Shown here piece after piece: positions 15,265-24,379 of a DNA stretch of 64,000 bases. The stretch covers positions 62,001 through 126,000 of the forward strand of contig JBEUKZ010000013.1 of the NCBI GenBank assembly GCA_048128005.1. Direction: 5' to 3'. The notes beneath the pieces were generated by a model. That model searched no databases, was not told where the DNA came from, and saw nothing but the letters and a program-made list of their open reading frames with translations. Each line of letters opens with the position of its first letter. Within the stretch, counting starts at the first letter, position 1. This DNA is from Veleropilina oligotropha. Its lineage: Eukaryota. The translations under genes and the position numbers were made by a program.

Positions 15265-16221
15265 TGTCCGCTCTACAGTGAAAAGTTCTAATCCGATTTG
15301 ATTCAAATTCGATATGCAAGTTAGTTTTCATGTGTGTGTGCTCTACAGTGAAGAGTTCTATTCCGATTTCATTCAAATTTGGTATGCACCTTCGTTATGA
15401 TGTGGACACGCCGATTAACGATTATCGTCTTTTTTGGATTCAAGATGGCTGTCGTGGTGGCCATTTTGTTTCGAAGATATTTCTGGTAGGCCCTATCCGT
15501 TCTACAGTGAAGAGTTCTATTCTGATTTGATTCAAAATCAATATGCACGTTCATTATGATGATGACATGCCGTCTAACGATTTTCGTCGATTTTGCGTTC
15601 AATATGGCTGCCATGGTGGCCATTTTGTTTTGAATAAATTTCTTGTGTCTGTTCTACAGTGAAGACTTCTATCCAGATTTGATTCAAATTCGGTATGCAC
15701 GTTCATTATGATGAGGACACACCTCCTATCGATTTTTGTCATTTTTGGATTCAAGATGGCTGCCGTGGTGGCCATTTTGTTTTGAAAGTATACCTTCTGT
15801 GAGCTCTATAGTAAAAAGTTCTTATCCTATTTCAATCAAATTAGATATACACTTTTGGTATGATGATGACACTACGCCTATCGATTTTCGGATTCAAGAT
15901 GGCTGCCCTGGCAACCATTTTGTTTTGAAGAGTTTTCTTGTGTGCGCTCTATAGAGGAAAGTTCTTATCAGATCTCATTCAAATTCGGTATGGACGTTAG
16001 TTATTATGAGGACACGCCGTGTAACGATATTCGTCGTTTTCGGATTCAAGATGGCCGCCGTGGTGGCCATTTTATTTTGAAGAAATTTCTTGTATCCGCT
16101 CTACAGTGAAGAGTCCTATTCTGATTTGATCCAAAATCAGTATGCACGTTCATTATGATGAGGACACACCGCCTAACGATTTTTGTCGTTTTCAGATTCA
16201 AGGCTGCCGTGGCGGCCATTT
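15265..16221 (+). repeat. Tandem array of ~160-bp units (about 6 copies); last unit split by the virus and resumed at 32933
   Basis: Repeated ctctacagtgaagagttcta...ttcaaattcggtatgcacg...ttcaagatggctgccgtggtggccattttgttttgaa. Confidence 0.9.
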
Positions 16222-16449
16222 AGCAGCAGGGGGGGTGATTGGACTTTTTAGAATGGGAAAATAAGGCTCCCAGCACCTGTTCAGAACTGAGCTGGTATTA
16301 CTGAGGGGAACTATGGAGTATAGACTAGGGGCGGGGCGGCCGCCGTGGAGGCTCCCAGCCCTATTTTGGGACTGAGGGTAGGGATTGTATTACAAAAAGT
16401 CACCGTGTGTACAAACTAGGGTAGCTTAGAATAGTCAGCAGGGGGGTGA
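16222..16449 (+). repeat. Left terminal inverted repeat (228 bp)
   Basis: Reverse complement of 32705-32932; starts AGCAGCAGGGGGGGTGA. Confidence 0.97.
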
Positions 16450-16828
16450 GTGTACTCTAATAGGGGCAGTTTTTCAGGCATAAAACCAGCAGCAGCAGGG
16501 GGGGGGGTGACCATACCTTTTATGTGGGGGCGCGGCGAGGGAAATTAAGGCTCCCAGCCAGGGGGGGTGAGTGTACTCTAATAGAATGGGAAAATGCGGC
16601 TCCCAGCACCTGTTTAGAACTCAGGGTGCTCGGACTAGTCAGCAGGGGAGTTTAGACTAGGGCATAGTAGCATAACAATAGTATGACAACAGGAAAATAT
16701 AGGACGACTTATGCGGTTATGAATACGGCAATAGCTCATCGAGTCAATGAATAGCAATAACTCCATGAATACAAAAGCGAGCGGCTGGGCTCGCACAATA
16801 GCGTGCACTAGAGTGCAGCAGGTGTCAT

Positions 16829-16996
16829 TTAAATTAAAACGCTTACCTGTGGATAGTTCGGATCCTCTTTAGTTTTTATCATGTTTTGGTACTTAGTGTC
16901 CCTGCGGTTTTTGGCTATAGCCAGTTCAAGTCTCTGCACCTGCAGCCAAGTCGTCAAAACAGATTTTTTCAAGCCAATACCTTGGTCATCAGCCAT
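16829..16996 (-). CDS. 55-aa viral ORF, paralogue of 17100..17387
   Basis: Manual translation MADDQGIG...RLELAIAKNRRDTKYQNMIKTKEDPNYPQVSVLI*. It is too short to appear in the ORF track. Confidence 0.45.
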   Translation of the reverse strand: MADDQGIGLKKSVLTTWLQVQRLELAIAKNRRDTKYQNMIKTKEDPNYPQVSVLI

Positions 16997-17099
16997 TTCG
17001 GCCTGTGAGGCCTCGTCAGAGTATCTACCAGATACTGATGGCCCCGACTGACCAAGTTATGGTGGTGTGTCGGGTGCCTAGTTCTGTTGTTACGGTTGC

Positions 17100-17387
17100 C
17101 TATTCGTCGTCCTTCAGTAGGTTTTGCAGCCTGCGTACATCTGCGGCTGCTGCATCATGGGCAATTTCAAGCTCACAGAGTTTTTCGAGCATTTTTTTCA
17201 TCCTCCACTTGGTTTTTTTCATGTTTTGGTATATGTTGTCCTTTCGATTTTTGGTTCGGGCCAGTTCCAGTCTTGTCGTATTTTTCGATACCTGATTATC
17301 GGCGGCTTCTTCATGCAGAAAGTTCTCGACAAAACCACGTTGTTGGTCCATTGTCAAATTAGGTAGTTTTCTTGTAATGCTATCCAT
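17100..17387 (-). CDS. Small basic coiled-coil viral protein
   Basis: ATG start. TATA-like tatataag ~30 nt upstream on the minus strand. K/R-rich centre and heptad-like C-terminus. Confidence 0.55.
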   Translation of the reverse strand: MDSITRKLPNLTMDQQRGFVENFLHEEAADNQVSKNTTRLELARTKNRKDNIYQNMKKTKWRMKKMLEKLCELEIAHDAAAADVRRLQNLLKDDE

Positions 17388-17926
17388 TTGTATGTGACTC
17401 GATACGTTATGGGGAGCTTATATAGTTTCTCTGTGCGTTCTACGGCCTTCTAGATCAGTTTATTGCCACATTCCCATATATAACTTCTGACGATATCTGT
17501 ACTTTCTAGAAGCTTTCCACGTACACATTTCCATATATAACTTGTTGACGAGCTCTGTTCGTTCTAGAGCTTTCCACGTACACATACTTGTTGACGATCT
17601 GTGATCATTCTAGAAGGCTGTATTGCCACGTGACCATGACTCCACTAGATTACTGTCCACCATGTAAACATGGGGACTGATATATTCTTTCTGTGCCAAA
17701 CGGAATGTTGGAGACCAGAAAAAGAAATCTGGGCCAATCTTTCTTGACTTGAGCCAGAAAATTTTTATATCTGGGTCGACTCGGGACTGCGAGGTATTTC
17801 ATTCATACGCGCAGAAGCAGCCAGACAGCATTTCTATAGTACTATAGAAATGGCGTGTCATGCTTTTAACGACTGTTGCCATTCATAAATCGGGCACGAA
17901 TGAACCAAGTAGATGGCTGACTGGGA

Positions 17927-18182
17927 TATTAATATTATTATTTAATACATTGATGTCTCTCCTAGTGTAGCTCTAAGCGCAGTACAAACTATAACTAATA
18001 TTACAGTACAATGTACACAAGAATATACAGGAGAGACATCAATGATACATACTTAAGCAATAATAACAATAAACAGAATATTTTTTTCGAGTTTTTCAAT
18101 TTTATCTTTTTTTTTACAAGCGCAATCAGACAAAGAGGTGAAGCAGCCCCTGCGTGAACTTCAACCAACTTTGAATGGTACA
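17927..18182 (-). mobile_element. L2 LINE 3'-UTR fragment inserted inside the virus
   Basis: Reverse complement of ~62053-62325, the 3' UTR and (AAT)n tail of the L2 at 59879-62331. Confidence 0.9.
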
Positions 18183-18234
18183 ATATACGCAGGGGAAAGC
18201 CGGAAAAATATGTTTTAATGCAGGAGCAGCTGGT

Positions 18235-18666
18235 TTATATGAATATATAGTTGCCCGATATTAAAGTACAATTACAGGGTGAGATGTGTCCGACTTTTCT
18301 CCACACACCGAAGCAGCCAGACAGCATGGTATAATACTCCCCATTTTTTCCAGGACATAACGAGGGGGTCGAACACTGGACACATGTGACAGTATCTCTT
18401 GGTGTGGCAGGGCTACAGTCATTCTCTCCGATAATAAAATAGTGGCATGACGGTGGAGAGACATCAGGGGTGGGGTCTCTACCCGGGCGAAGAAGCAAGT
18501 TTCTACGTAAGGGGTCAAATCGGGCGTTATACCTGGGATGATTTCGGTACCTAGTCCACGTATGTTCCAGAATTAATGCAGTGTTGTGTGTCGACGCCTG
18601 GGTAGACACACCCCCTAGCCAGCACACCGCGGCAATACACAGTAGCATAGATTTCATGGATTTCAT
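18235..18666 (-). CDS. Secreted Cys-rich viral protein (possible cystine-knot/IL-17-like)
   Basis: Signal-peptide-like N-terminus (MLLCIAAVCWLGGVSTQA). Eight Cys in the C-terminal half, ending in CxC. Confidence 0.6.
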   Translation of the reverse strand: MKSMKSMLLCIAAVCWLGGVSTQASTHNTALILEHTWTRYRNHPRYNARFDPLRRNLLLRPGRDPTPDVSPPSCHYFIIGENDCSPATPRDTVTCVQCSTPSLCPGKNGEYYTMLSGCFGVWRKVGHISPCNCTLISGNYIFI

Positions 18667-18748
18667 GGTTGTCCAGATACCACTGTCGATTTCTAGCTTT
18701 AATACGGGGGAGGAGCGGGGTAGTCGTGGCTACGCTCAACCTGGATAG

Positions 18749-19384
18749 TTAGTCGCCAGCTCCGATTTTTTTCAGCAGCTCTGCGCGACCCTCTAAACGA
18801 CCACGCTCAATAAGCTCGCTTTGGGTCTGTGAAATCGCGGTGTGCGCCTTCCTACTCTTATCCCGGATTGATGCCTTCATGGCTTGGTATTTTTCCATCT
18901 CCCCTGTGACCAGTTGGAATTCATCATCAGACATCACCCCGTCTGATAAGGCCTTTGAGACGTGGTCGGTTATGGTATTCAGCTTGCTGTCGGCCAGGAC
19001 TCGAATCTCGTCGTGTTTCTTAGCCTTCACCCCGAGGCGCCGGCTGATATACTTTCCACCCATACTAGCGAGCCCACACCCTAATGCCGCTAGTTCCAGC
19101 ACTAGGACGACCGGGGCGGCTACAATTGTGGACAGTAGACCAATTCCAGCGCTACCCATACCAAGTGTGGCGACGACTAGCCCGTTATCTATCCCGTCAA
19201 TGACGTTAACACCTCGTCGGTACTTTTTATATAATGCAGCCCGTGTGTCCCTCTCTCGTTCTAATTGTCCCTGAAGCTCATTCACTTTCTGTAGTCGGAA
19301 GGACTGTGCCTCATGCAGTTCCGAAGGCACATCGCCACCAAGTTGTGGGTACAGCGTTGGCGCTGAGGGTTTGTTGTCCATCAT
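18749..19384 (-). CDS. Two-TM viral membrane protein with N-terminal PSAP and LYPQL motifs
   Basis: Likely start MMDNKPSAPTLYPQL at 19384, overlapping the upstream stop (ATGA). Coiled coil, long hydrophobic hairpin, helical C-terminus. Confidence 0.75.
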   Translation of the reverse strand: MMDNKPSAPTLYPQLGGDVPSELHEAQSFRLQKVNELQGQLERERDTRAALYKKYRRGVNVIDGIDNGLVVATLGMGSAGIGLLSTIVAAPVVLVLELAALGCGLASMGGKYISRRLGVKAKKHDEIRVLADSKLNTITDHVSKALSDGVMSDDEFQLVTGEMEKYQAMKASIRDKSRKAHTAISQTQSELIERGRLEGRAELLKKIGAGD

Positions 19385-19728
19385 ACGTGGCTGTATTGTT
19401 CCGCCTGTTTGTTTAAAATGTCTACTGTAACGTTCAAATACAGAGTGCCGACCCACGGGGCCTTGATGACAAAGGCGAGGGTTAACTTATCCGAATCCAG
19501 GCTGAGTTTACTTATGGAACATGCCTTGGGGCCCCCGGCCGGCTGGACCGGCGTCAGGTGGATCATTAGAAGGGCTGGGTTCAACCCGAACCGACCTCTA
19601 GTGTTTGGAAACATGAACTCCCTCCTCGCCAGCCCCTTATTGGGCGCTACCCCACAATTAAGGACAAAGTGCCACCGGGTCGGGGAAGAGGGCTCGTCTG
19701 CAAGCAGGGTCCCGTAGATGCTGCTCAT
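19381..19728 (-). CDS. Hypothetical viral protein (115 aa)
   Basis: Fills the gap exactly, with ATGA stop/start overlaps at both ends. Confidence 0.6.
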   Translation of the reverse strand: MSSIYGTLLADEPSSPTRWHFVLNCGVAPNKGLARREFMFPNTRGRFGLNPALLMIHLTPVQPAGGPKACSISKLSLDSDKLTLAFVIKAPWVGTLYLNVTVDILNKQAEQYSHV

Positions 19729-20465
19729 TGTATCGCAAGGACTGCGGTAATGGGCATGCCGTGATTGTCGATCGGGTTACTGTCTGCGTCTGTGACGTAC
19801 ACCTTCAACTCTGTGATTAGCCCGGCCTGTAGTCGCCGGCCGGCGGGATAGCTATGATAGTGGCCAGCTTCACCGAACATCTGCGACGTGATAGGGACCA
19901 CCGCGAGAATAGTGCTCGGGGCGCCGTCCTTCACATTGTGCGTTGTACTAAGCTGCTCCAGGTGGACGTGCAGGGTTGGCGCTATGGCAAACCCGACAGG
20001 CTTATTCCCGTCATAAGTCCCAGGGCGTAGCCACTCGGATCTCTCCGGAGGGGGAGGTGGTTGGCCCTGTACTCCCCGAACCGGTTGGTTCAGATTCCCT
20101 GCTTTATCGAGAATAAACGAAGAGAGGTCTAAGCCGAGGAGTTTTCGTATATCGTCGCTTATCGCGAGTCGAGTCCCCTCTGGGACCACGATTCGGGCGA
20201 GCCCTGTAGCATGGCTTACATCTAGTTGTAGGTTAACTAGCGACCTCTTCATCGTCTTGGCGAGGTCATCGAAGCTGTAGAAACCTGGTGCCACGTCGAC
20301 CGTGGTATCCGGTGTCTTAAAGAAGGCTCCGGCATGCACGTTGTGCCAGCCTACCCAATAGTCGAGCGACTGCAAGCTGACACATAGCTTGCCGTCCCGG
20401 TTATCAATCGGCTCCAGGAGGGCAACCGCGGTCCCCTCTTGAACGTTTGTTAATGTGTGAAACAT
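19725..20465 (-). CDS. Putative minor capsid protein (penton, single jelly roll)
   Basis: C-terminal pattern STILAVVP...ITELKVYVTDADSNPIDNHGMPITAVLAI resembles Polinton/PLV pentons; 246 aa, beta-rich. Confidence 0.65.
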   Translation of the reverse strand: MFHTLTNVQEGTAVALLEPIDNRDGKLCVSLQSLDYWVGWHNVHAGAFFKTPDTTVDVAPGFYSFDDLAKTMKRSLVNLQLDVSHATGLARIVVPEGTRLAISDDIRKLLGLDLSSFILDKAGNLNQPVRGVQGQPPPPPERSEWLRPGTYDGNKPVGFAIAPTLHVHLEQLSTTHNVKDGAPSTILAVVPITSQMFGEAGHYHSYPAGRRLQAGLITELKVYVTDADSNPIDNHGMPITAVLAIQ

Positions 20466-20472
20466 AGTAGCT

Positions 20473-21753
20473 ATGGCTAAGAGCGCCTTTGCGTTTAATA
20501 GGAGTGCGGCCTATCCGACCGGTGTGGTGTACCCAGCAAAGATCAAAGATGAGCAGCTTACGAGACCAAGCATCAATGTGGGTAATAGCTCAACCACTAC
20601 ATTCGGGGCAACATACCCTGACGTCTTTCAGAAATACCGCCTCCCTCATGTCGCTAGTGACGGGCTGATAAGGGATTGGAACAGCACGCCGATGAGGTTC
20701 TGGCAGAACAAGGTCAATTTCGCAGTTTGGTGTGCCACAACAGGTTCCGGAATCTCCTCAGAAGACCACTTAAATGCGACCGACCCCCTCTCCACTGCTG
20801 TATTCACCTTCCACGTCTACTATCAGGTCAGACGAATCTTATCCGAAATTCAGGCGCCGCTGCCACAGGACCGGACGTGGGATGCATTCGACAACCCGTA
20901 TGACCGCAGGGCATATGAGAAGATCTGCAGCGAATTTGGGGTGTCTCCCCATACCGACTGGCGTGTCAAGGGTCCCAACGGCGGACTAGGCACCGCTTAC
21001 AGCTACTGGACGAACAACGGCTACCACCCCATCGGACGTGACTATGATCCAAGCCGAATGTCCTTCACCAAAGGTACGACCAACACGAATCTGCACGTGG
21101 ACTACATCGCGCAAGCGCCTGCACTTAAAAACGGTTGGGCTACTTTTATTCTGGACAGGTCGGTGGGATTCACGAGGGCCGGCGTGGAAAGGCTCAATGA
21201 TTCCATCAGGACCTACGTCTGGGCTATTCTTGGAGCGCAGGCTCAAACGCGTGCAAGTATTCTGGGTAGTGGGACGGCGTTTGACGCACAGAAACAGTTC
21301 CTGGCGAACGTGGAAGACGCCATCGCATCCCCCGTTGACCTCCCAGCAGCCATCAAACGGTACCAAGAGGTGCTCCAGTATGCGAGGTCCAAAGTGGACT
21401 TCGTATTCGGCGTTGGCCTGTACATGGCGCCAAGTAACATGCTTCTACGGATCGGGCAGGTGGCTGGTTATAACAATGAGATCGTCGTCGCCACGGAAGA
21501 CCAGACACTCGGTCTTAATACTACGGTGAACGCGGCCAGTGTGCCGCCCAACGCCACTGGGGATACTGGAGAAACAGGACTGGTTATTCCACAAGACGCA
21601 GATGCAAGCATACCGGTAGTTACTCCGAAGCATCCAAGCTCTCTGCCAGCTGTGGCCTCAGTGGCGGCTGTTCCAGCGGCACATGACGAGGAGAAAACCG
21701 CACTTATCGTGGGCGGCATTGTCGTTGGTCTAGCGTTTATTTGGCTTACGTGA
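20473..21753 (+). CDS. Viral protein with C-terminal membrane anchor (426 aa), function unknown
   Basis: Long intact ORF. Ala/Pro-rich stalk followed by terminal TM ALIVGGIVVGLAFIWLT. Confidence 0.8.
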   Translation: MAKSAFAFNRSAAYPTGVVYPAKIKDEQLTRPSINVGNSSTTTFGATYPDVFQKYRLPHVASDGLIRDWNSTPMRFWQNKVNFAVWCATTGSGISSEDHLNATDPLSTAVFTFHVYYQVRRILSEIQAPLPQDRTWDAFDNPYDRRAYEKICSEFGVSPHTDWRVKGPNGGLGTAYSYWTNNGYHPIGRDYDPSRMSFTKGTTNTNLHVDYIAQAPALKNGWATFILDRSVGFTRAGVERLNDSIRTYVWAILGAQAQTRASILGSGTAFDAQKQFLANVEDAIASPVDLPAAIKRYQEVLQYARSKVDFVFGVGLYMAPSNMLLRIGQVAGYNNEIVVATEDQTLGLNTTVNAASVPPNATGDTGETGLVIPQDADASIPVVTPKHPSSLPAVASVAAVPAAHDEEKTALIVGGIVVGLAFIWLT

Positions 21754-23058
21754 CCCACTGTCTAGCGGCAATAAGAAGCAAGCCCCCAACTGATATGACC
21801 AGTGCCCATAGGTTTTCAGCGAGCCACGATGCTGTCTTGCCAATCAGGTTGATTAGCCAGGAGACCAGGCTTCCAAGTATTCCTGGGAGCGCGGCTGCGG
21901 CCTTCCCTGCTAGTTTGCCTAGAATCCTTCCCAGGTTCTGCAGCTGCTTTTTGACCCACTCCTTGACCCCGCCCTGACCACTGGGAGGTGGTGGTGGCGT
22001 TGGCGGGCTCGGCGCTCCACCTGTCAGGGCTAGTACCAAAGTCGAGATGGCGAGCCCGATAGCGGTCAGTATTGTTGCGATCGTGACCCCTTGCTCGCGG
22101 AACAGGGTACGGATACGCTCGGCCAGCGTTGTGTCGGTGTTCAGGATCCGACTTATCATCTCTCGGATCCGGCTGATTTGAGAGCGAAGGGCCTCCCGGC
22201 TTGATGATGCTGCCTCTAGGCGAGCTGCTCTTTCATCATTCAGGTCGCGCAGACGTTCCGCGATCCGTCGACGGATGAACTCATCCACACCGCCCTCTTC
22301 ATCTGCCTGATCGAGCTTCATCTTCTCCAGCTCTATGTGTTCGTCCAGCGCCGTTAGTTTGGCTAGATTGTTGGTTAGTTCGCCTCGGATGGTCTGCATC
22401 GCCTTGTCAAGTCCGCGAAGCTCGCGAAGATTTAATGGAGGGTCCCCCATTGTGCCTAAGATCTCTTCAACCTCGGTATCAGTGAATTTCGTCTCCATCG
22501 TGTGGATTGCTACCGAGGCATCAGTAGCAGTCTGCCCCAAGTCCCGCAGTTCTATGTTTTCGACATTGGCGGCCGCACCGCTCAACTCGTTGTCGGCTGC
22601 CTGAAGAACTGCAACCGCTTTTGAGGCCAGCTTTTTTTCCCCCCGCGTCCAGTGTACAAAACCCAACCCTTCACGGATTGCATCACCCCCACCAGGCCGG
22701 CCAGCTATTGTTGACAACGCCAAGGGGTTGCCGGTGCGAGAATTTATGAGATTGATGTCGGGGTAGTCCGTCATCACCAATTTCCCCCCCTCCCTAATTT
22801 TCCCCTCACATACTTGAATTTTGAATAATCTCGCCCCATGGCTGGGGTCTGCCCCTCCTGTGCCAGGGCTTTGTAGTAGTCGTCAACCACGCCCTGAACG
22901 AGCTCTTGCTGAAGACTGCTGGTTCCTTCCTGTGGCCGTTCCGAAAGAACAGGCATAAACCGGTCGGTGGATAGATCCACATCAGTATCGTCGATGATGG
23001 TATCATCGTTGTCGATGAGATCGTCCGGCTCGAATGCGGGGTTCTCGAATTCCGCCAT
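21746..23058 (-). CDS. Coiled-coil membrane-active viral protein, split into two frames at ~22780-22805
   Basis: ORFs 22774..23058 and 21746..22780 join by a -1 shift. Acidic N-terminus with FENPAF, long coiled coil, TM helix, poly-Pro hinge, amphipathic and hydrophobic C-terminus. Confidence 0.7.
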
Positions 23059-23094
23059 TTGAATACATCAGTGGGATACGCATCTAATTCAGCC

Positions 23095-24379
23095 ATGACT
23101 AGCGTATACGGACGCAAGCTTAATCCATACCGCAGGCTGCGTGAGCCCCTCGCGGTCAAGGGCATCCGCCAGTCGGTCACGATTACAAACAATCCATCAA
23201 CGATTGCCCCGAACCAGCAGCTCCTGGTTCGGTTCCCTAATCTCGGGGCGAATGACGTGATCGTTCCAGGGACTGCCCACCTTGCATTTACCATCTCACT
23301 GACCTCGGTAAATGCAAAATATCGGCCGTGCCGTGATCAGAAAGACCACGATAAAGATAAGTGGAAACGAGATCATGTCGATTGACGACTCCGACGTGTA
23401 CCACTGCTACTGCGATCTCTGGAAGACCACCGGGGAGCGCAAGAACGCCCAGTACCAGGGGATTGATACCAGCGATGGGCACAACACTACGAAGCATCGT
23501 GTTGGTGCGGCAGACGCCTTTAGACTGTCTGAGGATGTCGCGGTCGCGGCCGCGTACGGTAACCGATTCCGCATCCCGCTGGATTTCGAGCTGTTGGAAA
23601 GTCACATGCCATTCTATCAAAGCGCCCTTGGAGACCGTCTCGAGTATGAGCTAACGTTCAACGACTACTCCCGGACTATCCGGGAGACGGACGACTCCGG
23701 TTCCAGCTATTCCATCGACAATATATCCCTCGAATATGACATGGTAACCCAATCCGAGCTTGCCAGACGGATTCGAAATCAATACCAGGGTCAACTCGTA
23801 ATCCTGTACGACCGTGTTCTCCGGCATCGGAAGCTCACCCTAGACAAGAGCGACTCGTTGTGGAATATGAATGTGAACGTACCGGCGAGGTCGATGAAAG
23901 GAATACTACTGTTGTTCGAGGACCCTGCGAGAGACGCCGCGCCATTCTCTCGCGATACTGAGGCCTTCTATAATCCGAAGATCACAAAGGTCGAGGTCAC
24001 AATCGAGGGTGTCCCGAATCAAATCTACAGCCAGGGCATGCGAACATACCAGATCTGGGAAGAAGCCAAGAAAATGTTCGCCTCCGGCTGCAGCAAGCGG
24101 CATCCTGAGGTCGCGATGGTCGCAAAGGACTTGGAGATGGCAGACGTCACCCTGGGCGAATTTCTGACTAAGAAATTTGCGCTCTGGATCGATATGCGGG
24201 TAACTGACGACGATCAGTTGCACGGGTCAGGCCGGAGGGTCGAGAACGCCAGCGAAGGCATTACTATTCAGATCACTAAAACAGCCGAAGCGGCCGGTCC
24301 ACTGAACGTCTACGAGTTCGTGATCATGGACGCACAGCTGAATATCGAGAATGGCCGATTCGTCGAAGCACTGTACTAA
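23095..24379 (+). CDS. Putative major capsid protein (double jelly roll), frameshifted at ~23310
   Basis: The N-part (from ATG 23095) and ORF 23312..24379 together give ~430 aa of beta-rich sequence directly upstream of, and overlapping, the packaging ATPase. Size and position are typical of Polinton-like MCPs. Confidence 0.65.

Noticed and set aside
15265..16221. Regularly spaced repeats resembling a CRISPR array (also 47240-48800 and 52394-53241)
   Set aside because: Whole units are homologous with no unique spacers, there are no cas genes, and the context is eukaryotic.
18001..18183. Matching small ORFs MYHSKLVEVHAGAASP here and at 62004-62210
   Set aside because: Chance frames in the shared L2 3' UTR.
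19409..19717. + strand 102-aa ORF as the real gene
   Set aside because: The overlapping minus-strand ORF fits the ATGA-coupled gene chain exactly, so it was preferred.
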